64,000 bases of DNA. Origin: Fimbriosthenelais zetlandica (Eukaryota). Position numbers and translations under genes: made by a program. Position 1 is the stretch's first letter. Each line of letters begins with the position of its first letter. Location: assembly GCA_977030845.1 (NCBI GenBank), contig OZ365114.1, positions 18,166,001 to 18,230,000 on the forward strand, in the 5' to 3' direction. Below are positions 37,901 through 51,500 of this stretch, in pieces. A model generated the notes under the pieces. It was not told where the DNA came from and ran no database searches. It saw nothing but the letters and a program-made list of their open reading frames with translations.

Positions 37901-39320
37901 TTGACCTTTGCCAAGGTCAAGGTCATTTAAAGTGACCTTGAACCTCTAAATTTGAGCATAAAACCATATAGGACCTTATTCCAATACCATCCATTGCCTC
38001 ATTATTGTACAGAATAGTTAAAAGTTGGTATATTCATGTGTAGTAATATAGGAGCTTTGGATGGGGAGGTATTATGTGGTAGTTGGACTGGTTGTTACCA
38101 TGGTAACCAACACTTTATTAAAAAAAACCCTTTATAACAGACTGACCCCCGTGAAACATGTTTTACTCGAGTTTTAGGAGTTTAAATAGAGATAGAGACT
38201 TTATATTTGGTAGAGTGATGTATCATACCGAGATGCATTCTGGCATATAATTTGGTTGACCTTTGCCAAGGTCAAGGTCATTTGACGTGACCTTGAATCC
38301 CTAAATTTGAGCAAGAAACCACATTGGACCTTATTCCAATACCATCCATTGCCTCATTATTGTATAGAATATTTAATGTTGGTGTATTCCTGTGTAGTAA
38401 TATAGACGCTTTGGTTGGCGAGGTATTATTTGGTAGTTTGAGTGGTTGTTGCCATGGTAACCGGCACTTGATGAAAAAAATCATTTATACCAGCCTTACT
38501 TACCCCGGTGAAACATTTATTTTCTGAGTTTTAGGAGTTTAAATAGAGATAGAGACTTTATATTAGGTAGGTTGATGTATCATGCCGAGATGCATTTTGG
38601 GATATAATTTGGTTGACCTTTGCCAAGGTCAAGGTCATGTTACGTGACCTTGAAACCCTAAATTTGAGCAAGAAACCACATCAGACCTTATTCCAATACC
38701 ATCCATTGCCTCATTATTGTATAGAATAGTTAAAAGTTGGTGTATTTCTGTGTAGTAATATAGAAGCTTTGGTTGGTAAGGTATATGTGGTAGTTTGAGT
38801 GGTTGTTGCTATGGTAACCGGTACTTTATGAAAAAAAATCATTTATACCAGACTGACCCCGGTGAAACATTTATTTCCTGAGTTTTAGGAGTTTAAATAG
38901 AGATAGAGACTTTATATTTGGTAGGTTGATGTATCATGCCGAGATGCATTCTGGGATATAATTTGGTTGACCTTTACCAAGGTCAAGGTCAATTGACGTG
39001 ACCTTGAAACCATAAATTTGTGCAACAAAAGACCGTATTCCTATATTAACCATACTCTCATTATTTCATAGAATAGCAAATAGTTGCTGTATTTATGTGA
39101 TTTAATATCTATAGGGTCTTTGGAATGCCAGGTATTATGGGATAGTTTGAGTGGTTGTTGTCATGGTAACCATTTATATCATACTGGCCCTGGTGGAACC
39201 TCAATTTTCGAGTTTAAGGAGTTAAAATATAAATAATGACTTCATATTTTGTAGCTTGTTGTATCATGACGACGTGCATTCTGCGATGTGATTTGCTTTA
39301 AGTTCATATGAGGTGATCTT
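37901..39320 (+). repeat. Tandem array of ~355-bp units in the left arm (unit starts 37901, 38256, 38613, 38967; fourth unit diverged)
   Basis: Each unit starts TTGACCTTT(G/A)CCAAGGTCAAGGTCA; spacings 355, 357, 354 bp. Confidence 0.92.
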
Positions 39321-39454
39321 GAACCCATAAATTTCAACAAAAAATATCAAAAATACCTTTACCAAGATGATTCATTACCTAATTATTAAATATAAAGAAA
39401 AATTGTATGCATGTGAAACCCCGTAGGATCTTTGGAATACCAGGTATTAGGGTA

Positions 39455-41745
39455 TTGAGCTGGAAGGGCCAGATCTTGAACTGAAAAGAGCAGATGTTGA
39501 GCTGAAAGGGTCGATAATGGACTCGAGGGGTCCTATATAGGATTGCAAGGGTCCAATATTGGATTGAAAACGTCAGATCATGGGCAGGAATGTCCTTATC
39601 TTGAGCTGCAAGGGTCATATGTTGAGCAGATGTTGAGCTGGGATAGTCTGATATTGGACTGGAAGGGACAGATATAGAGCTGGAAGGGCCAGATGTTGGC
39701 CAGGAAGAGCCTTATTTGGAGCTGGAAGCTCTATCTTGAGCTGAAAAGACCTGATGTTGAGCTGCAAGGGCCAGGTAACTATTACTGCCATATTAGGCCA
39801 GTCAAAAACACCCCTATCCCCCAAAATTGCAAGAAATTATTTTATGGTTGTTTTTGGAAGAACCACATATGGGGACCATTGTGCTAAGAGTTCACCAAAA
39901 GTGGACCACCACAGGTGGTCTAAATTCAAGCCAATACGGTTTTTCATCATTTTGGAATGGGTCTTGAGGGTGTCAAATTGGTTACCAGGGAGATATGAAA
40001 TTCCTGGTCAAGATATGTCGACCCACCTCAATATTTGGCCCTTACAGCTCAAGATATTATCTACATGTATATGTACATGTCCAAAACATGGCCCTTCCTG
40101 CCCAGTATATGACCTTTCCCACTTAAGATTTGGGACTTTTGGTCCTATACCTAACCTTTCCAGCTCAACATCTAGTCCTTCCACCTCAATATCTGGCCCT
40201 TCCATCTTGAGACCCTTCCTCAGTTCCAGTCAACTTCCTGGCCAAGATATGCCCTTATTCCTGTCCTATACCTGACATTCCAGCTGAAGACCTGGCCCTT
40301 TCTGTCCTATATGACCCTTCCTATTCAAGATATGGCCCTTCCAACTCAGGATAGGGCCCTTCCTGTCTAAAATCTGGCCCTTCCTGCTCAACATCTGGAC
40401 CTTCAATCATACTATCTTTCTGCCTAAGACATATGGCCCTTCCACCAGAATATCTGGTCCATCCAACTCAAGATATACTCTGAGAGTTCAGGATAGGCCC
40501 TTCATGTCCAAGATCTGGCCCTTCCTGCTCTCACGATATGACCCTTCCAGGTTACGACATGTCCCCTACTGCCAAAGATATGGCACAACATATGGCTCTT
40601 CAAGCTCAACATCTGGTTCTTCCATCATAATATATGGTCCTTTCATCATATCTGGCCCTTCCCGCCCAAGATATGACCCTTCCAGGTCAGATTAGGGCCC
40701 TTACTGCTCTTACTGTTCAGGATGGACCAGATATTGAGCGCAAGGGGCAGATATTGGGCAAGAAGGATATGTCATTGAGCTGAAAGGATATGTCATGAAA
40801 GGTGAAAGGAGATGGGGTGTTCTATATATATTACATTATGTAATTCCAGAATAGGAATATTTAAGTAAAGAAATAGGATGAGATCACTTCCAACACTTTC
40901 AATAATTGAGGAGAGGCATATATATATATATTTACACCATATTACTCAAATATAATTTGACTACTCAAATATAATTTGAACCTTTTCAATGGATTTGTCA
41001 TCCTCAAATGGACCCGAATTGCAGTCAAAATCTTTAGAGAGATACATGCATATGAAAAAGTGCAAATATGGCCCTTCTGCCAAAGATTTGTCCCTTCCAC
41101 CTGCCCATCCTATCCAAGCTCTGACCCTTTCAGATCAAGATACGACCCTTACTGCCCAAGATCTGGCCAAGATTCCAGCTCAATATCTGTCCCCTCCTGT
41201 CAAATATCTGATCTTTCCAATTGAATATCTGATCTTGTTAGCTCAATATATTAGCCTTCTAGCTCATGATAAGGCCCGTTGTGCCCAAGATCTGCCCCAT
41301 ACAGCTTACAATCTGGCCCTGTCTGCCAAATATGACCCTTCCAGGTCAAAATCTGCTCTTTTCAGCTTAACATATGGCCTTTCCAGTTTAAAATAAGGTC
41401 CTTCCTGTCCAAGATTTGCACATTCCAACTCAATATGTGGCCCTTCCAGTCCAATATCGGACATTTCCAGCTCAACATCTGCCCTTTCCAGCCACAGATA
41501 TGGCCCTTGCAGCTCGAAATATGGCCTTTGCAGCTCTAGATGAGGCCCTTATTGCTCACCATCTGGTCCTTCCTATGCAATACCTGGCCCTGCTCGCCTA
41601 GTACCCTTCGCCCAGTACCCTTTGACTATTCCTGTCAAAGATCTGGCCGTTCCAGCTCAGGAACTGTCCAATACATGACCCTTGTAGTTCAAGATCTGAC
41701 CATTGCAGCTCAAGATCTGGCCCTTCCTGCTCAAGATCTATCCCA
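39455..41745. repeat. Degenerate 21-bp minisatellite arrays (consensus GAGCTGGAAGGGCCAGATCTT) in alternating orientation
   Basis: Forward ~39455-39775; reverse ~40005-40710; short forward ~40722-40808; reverse ~41065-41745 (e.g. AAGATCTGGCCCTTCCTGCTC at 41713-41733). Confidence 0.85.
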
Positions 41746-41849
41746 TATAATACAATGTACCTGGCATTCCAAAGATCCTACGGGGTACACAGACATACAA
41801 TGTTTCTTTTCTTTAAAATTATATTTAATAATTATACAATGGTTAAGAT

Positions 41850-43258
41850 TGGAAAAGGGATTTTGTGATATTTTATGTTGAAATTTATGGGTTCATGATC
41901 ACCACATATCACCACATATCATATGACAAAATATAAAGTCTATAATCTATAACTATTGTCACGTCTTAAACTCAAAAATTGATATAAACTGATGGTTACC
42001 ATGGCAACAACCACTCAAACTACCACATATAACTCGCCAATCAAAGCTTCTATATTACTACACAGGAATACACCAACTTTTAACTATTCTATACAATAAT
42101 GAGGCAATGGATGGTATTGGAATAAGGTCTGATGTGGTTTCTTGCTCAAATTTAGGGTTTCAAGGTCACGTAACATGACCTTGACCTTGGCAAAGGTCAA
42201 CCAAATTATATCCCAGAATGCATCTCGGCATGATACATCAACCTACCTAATATAAAGTCTCTATCTCTATTTAAACTCCTAAAACTCAGGAAATAAATGT
42301 TTCACCGGGGTCAGTCTGGCATAAATGATTGTTTTTTCATAAAGCACCGGTTACCATAGCAACAACCACTCAAACTACCACATATACCTTACCAACCAAA
42401 GCTTCTATATTACTACACAGAAATACACCAACTTTTAACTATTCTATACAATAATGAGGCAATGGATGGTATTGGAATAAGGTCTGATGTGGTTTCTTGC
42501 TCAAATTTAGGGTTTCAAGGTCACGTAACATGACCTTGACCTTGGCAAAGGTCAACCAAAATATATCCCAAAATGCATCTCGGCATGATACATCAACCTA
42601 CCAAATATAAAGTCTTTATCTTTATTTAAACTCCCTAAACTCAGAAAATAAATGTTTCACCGGGGTAAGTAAGCCTGGTATAAATGATTTTTTTTTCATA
42701 AAGTGCCGGTTACCATGGCAACAACCACTCAAACTACCAAATAATACCTCACCAACCAAAGCTTCTATATTACTACACATGAATACACCAAGTTTTAACT
42801 ATACTATACAATGGATGGTATTGGAATAAGATCTTATATGGTTTTTTGCTCAAATTTAGGGTTTCAAGGTCGCGTAACATGACCTTGACCTTGGCAAAGG
42901 TCAACGAAATTATATCCCAGAATGCATCTCGGTATGATACATCAACCTACCAAATATAAAGTCTCTATCTCTATTTAAACTCCTAAAACTCGAGTAAAAC
43001 ATGTTTCACGGGGGTCAGTCTGTTATAAAGGGTTTTTTTAATAAAGTGTTGGTTACCATGGTAACAACCAGTCCAACTACCACATAATACCTCCCCATCC
43101 AAAGCTCCTATATTAATACACATGAATATACCAACTTTTAACTATTCTGTACAATAATGAGGCAATGGATGGTGTTGGAATAAGGTCCTATATGGTTTTA
43201 TGCTCAAATTTAGAGGTTCAAGGTCACTTTAAATGACCTTGACCTTGGCAAAGGTCAA
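41850..43258 (-). repeat. Inverted tandem array of ~355-bp units in the right arm (unit boundaries 42200, 42555, 42904, 43258)
   Basis: TGACCTTGACCTTGGCAAAGGTCAA recurs at 355, 349 and 354 bp spacing. Confidence 0.92.
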
Positions 43259-46200
43259 TTAAATTCCATCCCAAAATGCAACTTGGCATAATACACCAAC
43301 ATACCAAATTTTAGCTTTCTATGACAATTTCTGATCAAGTAATGCCCTAAAACATCCTTTTTTTATAATTTCTTTAAAAAATGCACTGTTGCCATGGAAA
43401 TCCAAGATGGCCGCCCTCTGCAGCAAATTCAAGATTGACAACATGGTTTTTCTTGTTCCCGAGGGTCTATAGAACATTTCTATATAGGTGGGATATTTTA
43501 ATCATCATTTTCCCACGGGACCCTAAAATTGTCTATTAGTCTCCCTGACTATTATCAGTCGAAGCTTTCAGATAGCCTTGACATATTTCAATTATTAAAG
43601 AATATTTTGAACTTCATATAATCAGTTTTGGTGTAATCAACGAGTATAGAAAGACCAGAAAAGAGCGCCATGCAAGAAGATGAAATCCCTGGTATTCGTA
43701 TGTAAGGATATCAATTTAAGATATACATGCCGGCAATTAATCAAAGCAGACAGGCATAAAGGCAAATAAGGCAATCTTTACCGGGGTTCATAAGGTGTGG
43801 ATTTTGGATCGATGGACTGCCATTCCAGGCAGCAGCCTGTATATCATCTGGCAGCAAATGCTCCTATAAATCTTTAATGAGCTATGAAAAGATACAACCT
43901 CCACACAAGTGTTACAAATGTGATTAATCGAGCTGCCAAGAGTGGGTGGCAAAGGATGAGGGCACTGGTTTGGAAGTGGGACCTGTGGATCAGTACCCTC
44001 CGGCGTTTATTGCTGAGTAGGCGTATTGGGCCGGCCGACCCAGAGAAAGTAAAGCTGGGCAGTTGACAGAGCCTGCAAGCATCATCTTCCACAGCCAGGG
44101 ACCAGGTCTCCGCTCTCTTCCAGCAACAACCCAATATGCCACCTTGCACAGTGCTGTGGCATCGACTACAGATTTAATCTCAGAAATGGAGGCAGCCACT
44201 TAGCGGCCTCTGACTGTTGGATGGATTTCATTCAGTACTTGTTCTGTGAGCAAGTCATCCAACTTATAACCTTTATCATGTTTGGTATAGCAGATCCTAT
44301 ACAGCACAAGTCCAGGGAAAAGTTCCCATCGTGCCTTAAGAGATATTTCCACATAAGCCCTTTATGTTTGTGTCTTGCAGGATAGATATTTAATCTAGTA
44401 ATGGACCGTATATATTCATGCATATATCTGCACATCACTTTCAGAAAATTTCTTCAGTGAAAATAGGTTTTAAAATTGTTGTCCTGAAAAATATATGGAT
44501 CCACATGCAGTTCTAGGACAGTAAGTATTTAAGTTACTTCGGAGGCTGTCAAGTCTTTTTATCCATGTTTAAATATATATGAAGCAGGGATAAGGATATC
44601 TGATTTCCCTCAGAAAATGCTTGCCCGTCTCCAGGAAAATCTCACAGAGTTCAGCAGTAATGGTGAGAGGTGTCCACTGGGAAATACTCCATGATTATTT
44701 TCAGAAGAAATGTGATCCTATTTCCTTGTCTAATAGCATTAAAATACTGAATTATTTCCTAAGTTTAGATGTGTCTGCCGGGCCAATTATCAAGGATTAA
44801 TTTGTAGGAACTCTAAATCTAAAGAAAAATTGTTGTGTTGGCAGCGTACATTCCCAGCACCAACGGCCTATGTCTCAACCGCAATTACTTGACACTGTGA
44901 CATGTTCCTCCCGAAGCCAGGGAGCCAGTGTGGACAAAACAAGCTAAGAAGACATTGTCTGCGGATGAGCTCTCTGAGGAAAGGGACGAGAAATAATCAA
45001 CAGCCAACCACAGTATATCACGGACACCCTCCATGTCCCATTACTCCTGGACTAGTCTCATCCATTTTACTCATCCATTAAAGGGTATTAAAATGTTGTA
45101 GAGATACTTTTCATTACTGGATGACCTAGTTGAAGAAAAGTGCTAAAATTAATTTAATAATGACAGCCTCAGAATACAGGTTGAATATCTGCCGCATTCT
45201 GAATATCACATGCATTCTGTTGGAATGCTGCACATTTTAAAGTGCTCATACACATTCATAGCTATACCTCCAGAGAGGTGAATAACCAATAAGTGTTTGC
45301 CGCACATGCATGCTTGTACTTAATTCTTTTGGCCCTCATGAGTGGCAAAGGGTACTTAAGTAATTAATGAATGTACCTGGTTCAGTCAGGATGTGACTGA
45401 TTTAACAATTGAATAATTGACTTCGCTCAAAACACGGGCAAAATTTGGACCCCCAGGGTTCTTTAGTCTACATGGGGTGCTCTGTCTTCACCCAGCCACT
45501 CAGTCACTGCCACATTACCCTCTTGAACATATGCATCAATGAATACAGGTCACTAAGGGACCATGTCCACCACCGGGAACAATTTTAATCATGAACTTAA
45601 CAACCATGGATTTCCTTGTAGATTACCATCGTCATGCGTCCAATATATCAACCACTTCCCTTACTTGGATTTCTATTCTGTTCGGAGAGTAATCATTGGA
45701 CTATTTGCATATAATATAATGCACTATACCACTCGCAATATGACTGTTACATTTAAACTAGAAGTAATCCTGACGAGACTTGTAAAGAAGCTTTGAACGT
45801 GATCTTCTAGTATAAATAAGAAGGGATGAGAAGGAGTTCTTCAGGAAAGCTGAGACCCTTTGTGAGAAGATTGCCAACCAGCTCCTTCCCTCTTCATTTG
45901 GTCGCCTTCAATGCACAATGAGGACTTGACACAGTGCTGAATTCGGCCTCTTGCCCTGAGGCATTCACATCAACTATTTCTCTTGATTTGACAAAAAAAA
46001 CCTTCAAGATAATGAAATATTATAGCTCATTGTATGCTGAAACTATGCCACACAGTTCATATCTAGAGCGCATTCACTAAAATGTAGACCTTGTCATTTG
46101 ATGACCAAACAGTAATAAATGACTGGGACCTGATGCAATGTGTATCGGGGGAATGTCCTAAAGCTAGAATTGAGCCTTGTTTATAATTGCCTGAATCCTG

Positions 46201-47959
46201 TATCTGGCTAACAGGTTAATACCCTGCTAACCCCAACACACAGACTGAATACTTCTCTCTACTCATGCATATATATTGACCATGCCTTAAGGCGCTTCTC
46301 CGCTTAGGCCCAAATTCTGTGGAAGTATCCATTGGCTGGATAAGTAGCACAGAACCAATCAACTTAGCCACAGGCAAAGCAGGTAAACCCAACACAAAAA
46401 GCGAGCTGGAATCCCAATTATTTACCAATCTGAGATAATTGACAATTAATCATTAAGCTAGGCCAGTGTCCTCTGGGAGGAGAATGACCGGCGATTCCCA
46501 TGACGGTGTGTGATAATCCTCCGTTCAGGTTCTATTCCACTGATGGGCAGAGACAAGATCAATGCTCCATCAAATATCACCACCAGAATATTCACACCCA
46601 CTGCAAGTCAGTAGGGGAGATGGTTAACTGTATGGCTGCTATCCCCATAGAAATGGAAATTTCAAAGTTTCTGAACTATTTTTTTTTTATTTCCCATGAT
46701 TCATCTTCTGGTCTGAGGCACATTTTCCTTTCCATTCGATGCAATCAATTTCTAGAATTCATCTCTAGATTGCCTCATGAAAAACATAATAAGCTTAAAC
46801 TACTATATTTGGTAGTCTAAAGTTTGTTTCTTTTGTCGAGTGCAATTTCGTACTGAACATTGGCGGGCATTCCATCTTTGAAAGATAAGAAGGTTATTGA
46901 AGAATGGTACTGTATGGAGACAGGCATGGGATATTATCATCAGCATTCCTGACAGCTTGATGCCTCATTAGGATGAAGGCAAGATGGCATAACGTCATTT
47001 TGAGTCATATGTAGGCTTCACATCAAGTGCATAGGAATAGCTTGTTTAACAAAAGGCAACGTAATATCAGCTATCTCTGAGGGATTAACCACCACTAGGT
47101 GTTATAGAGATGGGATCAGTCTAATTACCTATATAATTATCAAGTCTTGGTAGAGTATAAAATAAGACCTAGACGATCCTTTGTTGACTTTGTAGCTCAC
47201 ATATTACACTACTTCCCTTTCTGCAGTTTACATTCTGTGTTGAAAACAAAAACACATGCAGAATAGATCGGAAGGACATCATAAACTGAATCAAACATTG
47301 GGCCTAGACCTGGAAGAATGAAAAGCTATGAGGGTATCAAGAATCAAGTGTTATAGGCAAAATAATGAGAGGAGAAGAAATGAAGAGAAGGTTAAAGCAA
47401 GCTGAATTGCCTATTTAACCGGCTTGAGCAAAACTATCCAGTGTTGAACACGATCAAACCAAAAGGAAACCAGACCCTTTTGGTGTCTAGTGTGTCTGTA
47501 TGACATGTGAAACAAGTTCTAAAAGCTGTGTGGATGGTAGAAAACATTGAGAGCTTCCACAAACACCAAAAGCCTAAAAGACCAAGAATCAAATCTATCA
47601 AAAATGTCAAATGAAGATAAGGACGACAGGTATTAGGTGGACACAGACAACAGCTGTAGAGGAGGATGGTTCCAATTTCATGCCTGATGAGCTCCTTTGT
47701 TTTGACTTCATGGCATTAACCACAAGGGAATGGATTTCCCCTGAGACGTTCTCCCCGACGAATGACACAAAATCTCTCAATTCTCCAGAGGAGTTATTTG
47801 ATCTTGATTACGGGCCAACAACATTTAATTTCATCAAGCTAGTACCTGTTGCTTCCTGATCTCATCAGTTGATGGAACAATTTTGAGGACTAAATTAAGT
47901 TCTGCCCATCAGGATAACTACCGTACACTGATGTGATCATAATTTGTTCTTGCATTTGT

Positions 47960-48560
47960 GGATCGGAAATAAAGGTCATCACAAACGTTTTCTTATCCAC
48001 AAACTGTTGTATCTGATTCCTATTCCTCTTCTCTAGCCCACTTCATTCTTCTTTGGACTCAGTGCTCAATATATGATAGCAATGATAGATGGCCCCACAC
48101 CTCCGAAACCCTGATTGCCAAGTGGTCCATATAGGTATGATAGACACTGGCCAATTTCAGTCACTGTGATATCCCCTGAGACTGTGTCATTTCTCTGCGT
48201 CTCATTCTGATATATGACAAGATGATATTTGTTCCATCCCTATATCCCCTATGTACAAGATTTGTCTCAACAGATTTTATTCCAAAAAGACAAGTACGAC
48301 ACTTTTAGGCTATGGAAATTTGTTCATTACTTGACAAGAAAGGCTTTCTGAATTTTCTTAAACTTTTCTGAGATTAAGTATCAGATGGTTAGCCTGCTGT
48401 TTCCACATGCAAGTCGAAGCACCTGCTGGCCAATATCCAATGCGACTAATTGAGCCTTCCGCTCTTGAGAAATGAACCCATCGATCTACTCCCATGCAAA
48501 TCACCAATCTCCTCCATTTGTTTGTCAATACTTCCAACTGGACCAAAAATACTTTATCGA
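47960..48560 (-). mobile_element. Highly decayed LINE (CR1/L2/Jockey-like) reverse transcriptase remnant
   Basis: LVALDI at 48449-48432 is followed by a frameshifted AGAFD/AG-like sequence (canonical VALDIAGAFDRVWHAGL). TTTGTGATGACC at 47985-47974 is one base short of FADD. Confidence 0.35.
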
Positions 48561-51500
48561 TTTAACTAATTGTATAGCATTACCTAACGCTAAGGAAGAA
48601 GACCAAAAAAGTACACAGTAGATCCAATGAAGTGCATGAGATCATGAAGTAAAATCTTTCTACCGATATTCAGTGGAAATTCGAGAGGCACATCCTCGAT
48701 CCTCTCCATCAGCTGTTTCTTATTGTTAGATCAACTCTCTTGTCACCCAATCTCATGGGATGCATGATAAGCAGCTGCTTCGCAAACAAGAGCTTCGGCA
48801 GATTTGCAAACACTATGCCGAAATGCATGTGCTGTCATACTCCCATGTTTCAAATTGTTTATTCACATGAATGAAAACACATGAAAGAAATGTGTATGAG
48901 GTGCAGACTATAGCCGTGCAATCACTGACAGAGCCAGATGAGGAAGTCAAGGAATATGGGAGTAAAGGAAGCCTTCTTCCTCACCTTCTTCCTGAGGCTA
49001 AGTCTCTGAAGTTTGAAACACTGCCTGTTTAGAGCTCTGCATGGATGGAATTAATAACTTTTAGATTCTGGCCACCTTCAAAGGAGAACTTCCCAGAGGG
49101 GTATCAATGTTAACATTAATGATAATGTTCTTTATAAGGATACCGAGTTTTTCCTCTATATTGAAGTTAAAAACCTTGATGTGATATGACCAGTACACAA
49201 CAATTACTCCTGGCAATGTTAATCACTTCAAAGAGATTGGAAACTGGGGCGTCCTAAGTTCAGTCAGTTTGAATATTAGATTTTTTAAGCACCTATTAGA
49301 ATTTGGCCTTTAGATCAATCACAGGAAGAAGCATACCCTGTGAAAGAAGGCCAGTACCAGGATTAAACTTTTTAGTCTCATGCATTTATTCACTTTAAAA
49401 TAAACTAAAACATCAGAAGACAGATTGCGCGTGGTCACGCAGTGTTCTCATCTTCTAACCATCTATGCTAATTCCTAACCACTGCCGTACTATATAGTGA
49501 TGGTATAGCAGTCCCAGACAACCACATCCACAGAGAACCAAAAAACATTAGCTCTTAAATTTGCTCACACTTGTGGCATTACCAATAAACTTGGACATGA
49601 GTTTACTATATGATCTATGACTTGCCTTTGTGTATTTCGCCCCATTACCCAATGGTCACGGAGATGTTCAGACTTTATACACCCTCAGGAGACGATAAAC
49701 TTTGAAAGTCTTTTCCCCCAAAGCAAGCAATGACCGTCTTTCAACAGCTTCAAGACAATTAATCAGCCCCAAGCAATGTACTCCCACCCACCGTGTACCA
49801 CAGACGATTGGCAAACCACACTGAAGCAAAACCAAATGTGGTCCAGTATTAAGGAAACACAAAACCCATTCACAAGAGATCGACACAAAACGACGATCGT
49901 GAATACAACTCCACTGTTATAAATATTACGTTTGCCCCAATTATGTCGATGGCATGCTTTGTGAATTGGCCGATTCCTCCAAGAAAAATAAATGTTGTGC
50001 TAGAATCCGTTGGGATTATGCAGTCATCATGCCCCAAATGAAATTTCCTGGCCATTAAATTTTTTTTAGATTGTGAATTTTGGACTGATTAATGACTATA
50101 ACTCATTGGCATGATCATCTTGGTGTACTCTGGCCATGACCAACAGAATCCCATGCAGCTCATTCACTTGCCTGTGAAATAAGCCAGCCGGGGGATCAGA
50201 CTACCATTTGAATGCTTTTAGTTAGCTCAACAACAATTGTTGAATCCCAGAATCTGAGCTTCAAAACAGAACTTTAGAACATGTGGTTTTAAAGTGGCTT
50301 TTTATTCAAGAGTTGCCCCACAGCTTGGTTTTCTTTTCCGAACTTATATTTGGTGTTCACTCGATTTGTATACCTGGGACCCTACAGACATTTTACGTGT
50401 TAAAGTGCTTGACACTCTCATTAAACCACTGCCTTAGTTTTGACTGCATCACACGTATCTATAATATATATGCTTGACACACAAATTACCTTCTCTGTCC
50501 ACCAAGTGCATGTGCGATGTGTTCACACACTGAGGCTAAATTGGTAGACGCAGGTGTCTGATGGTCATAGGCGCCAACACTTCTACCTCTATGGCTAATA
50601 ATTGGATGAAGATCAGACTACATAAGGTGTCAACTGCATAAAATGTACATAATTTACAAATCGAAGCAACTAACCAGGGATACTTACTGAAAAATTAAAA
50701 TGTGGATCTGTGCAGTATTATATATATGGATGATCTGATTCTAAAACCAGGCATCGTCTTATCTGAGTGCTGACAATTTAGTACAGTACGGCTAAATTAA
50801 TTTACTATAGACAAAAAGTTGGCTACCGGTATCAATTATTTGAGTAATTATCACAGATATTTCTCATTCATTATTATTTTATAGGGCCCTCCGATGATAA
50901 TTGAATAATCAGTGAGACATCATAATTATTATGATCTGTATATATACAAAACGTTGAAAATTGCCAAGATTAATTTTCATATTGAATATATTGAATATTA
51001 TGAATTCATGTCCTCATTGAATCTGACCATGTATAAAGGGAATGACGATGAACCTTATCGACGGCTGAAATAACCTGTAAGTTGTATGTTCTGAGGCCAT
51101 AATTCCCCACACACCCTCCCATAATAGAATAGGAGGTCACCTGGGGTCTAGCATTGTAGATAAAACGATTGTCTCATCTCTCCCTGGCATTGTGGGTAAA
51201 GTGATTGTCTCTTGCCTCCCTTCAAAGGTTGATTCAAACACCAGGCTGCAGTAAAGCATCACTTTAAATTGTCCTCCTCACACAATGCACTGACCTAGCA
51301 TGCAATAAGTGATGACGACCTTCACTCTCATCACATCTTTCATCATTGATGGCTTCGCATTGTGTTGCGGGGAAACGGTTGTTATGGATGTTGGTGGCAA
51401 TTGATATAAGAGTAATATCTGATGGTTCACGATGGATGTATATGGCACGACCTTGAGGTAGTTGGGATACTTGCTGTAAGCCTATATTTTATAGGAGGGT

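Larger units (their letters stand above)
37619..43551. mobile_element. Foldback-type non-autonomous element with very long modular inverted arms (5933 bp), candidate TTA TSD
   Basis: 37641-38255 is the near-perfect reverse complement of 42905-43518. Homology continues inward to about 39450/41750. Ends TAGTAAGGGAGACTA / TAGTCTCCCTGACTA are flanked by TTA (37616-37618, 43552-43554). No transposase-like ORF. Confidence 0.85.

Noticed and set aside
39379-41881. Cluster of ORFs up to 173 aa in the palindrome core (possible transposase)
   Set aside because: They are translations of a 21-bp repeat on both strands, with repetitive low-complexity peptides and no DDE or other recognisable motif.
37901-43258. 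CRISPR-like appearance of regularly spaced repeats
   Set aside because: The units are contiguous tandem copies without unique spacers, there are no cas genes, and the DNA is eukaryotic.
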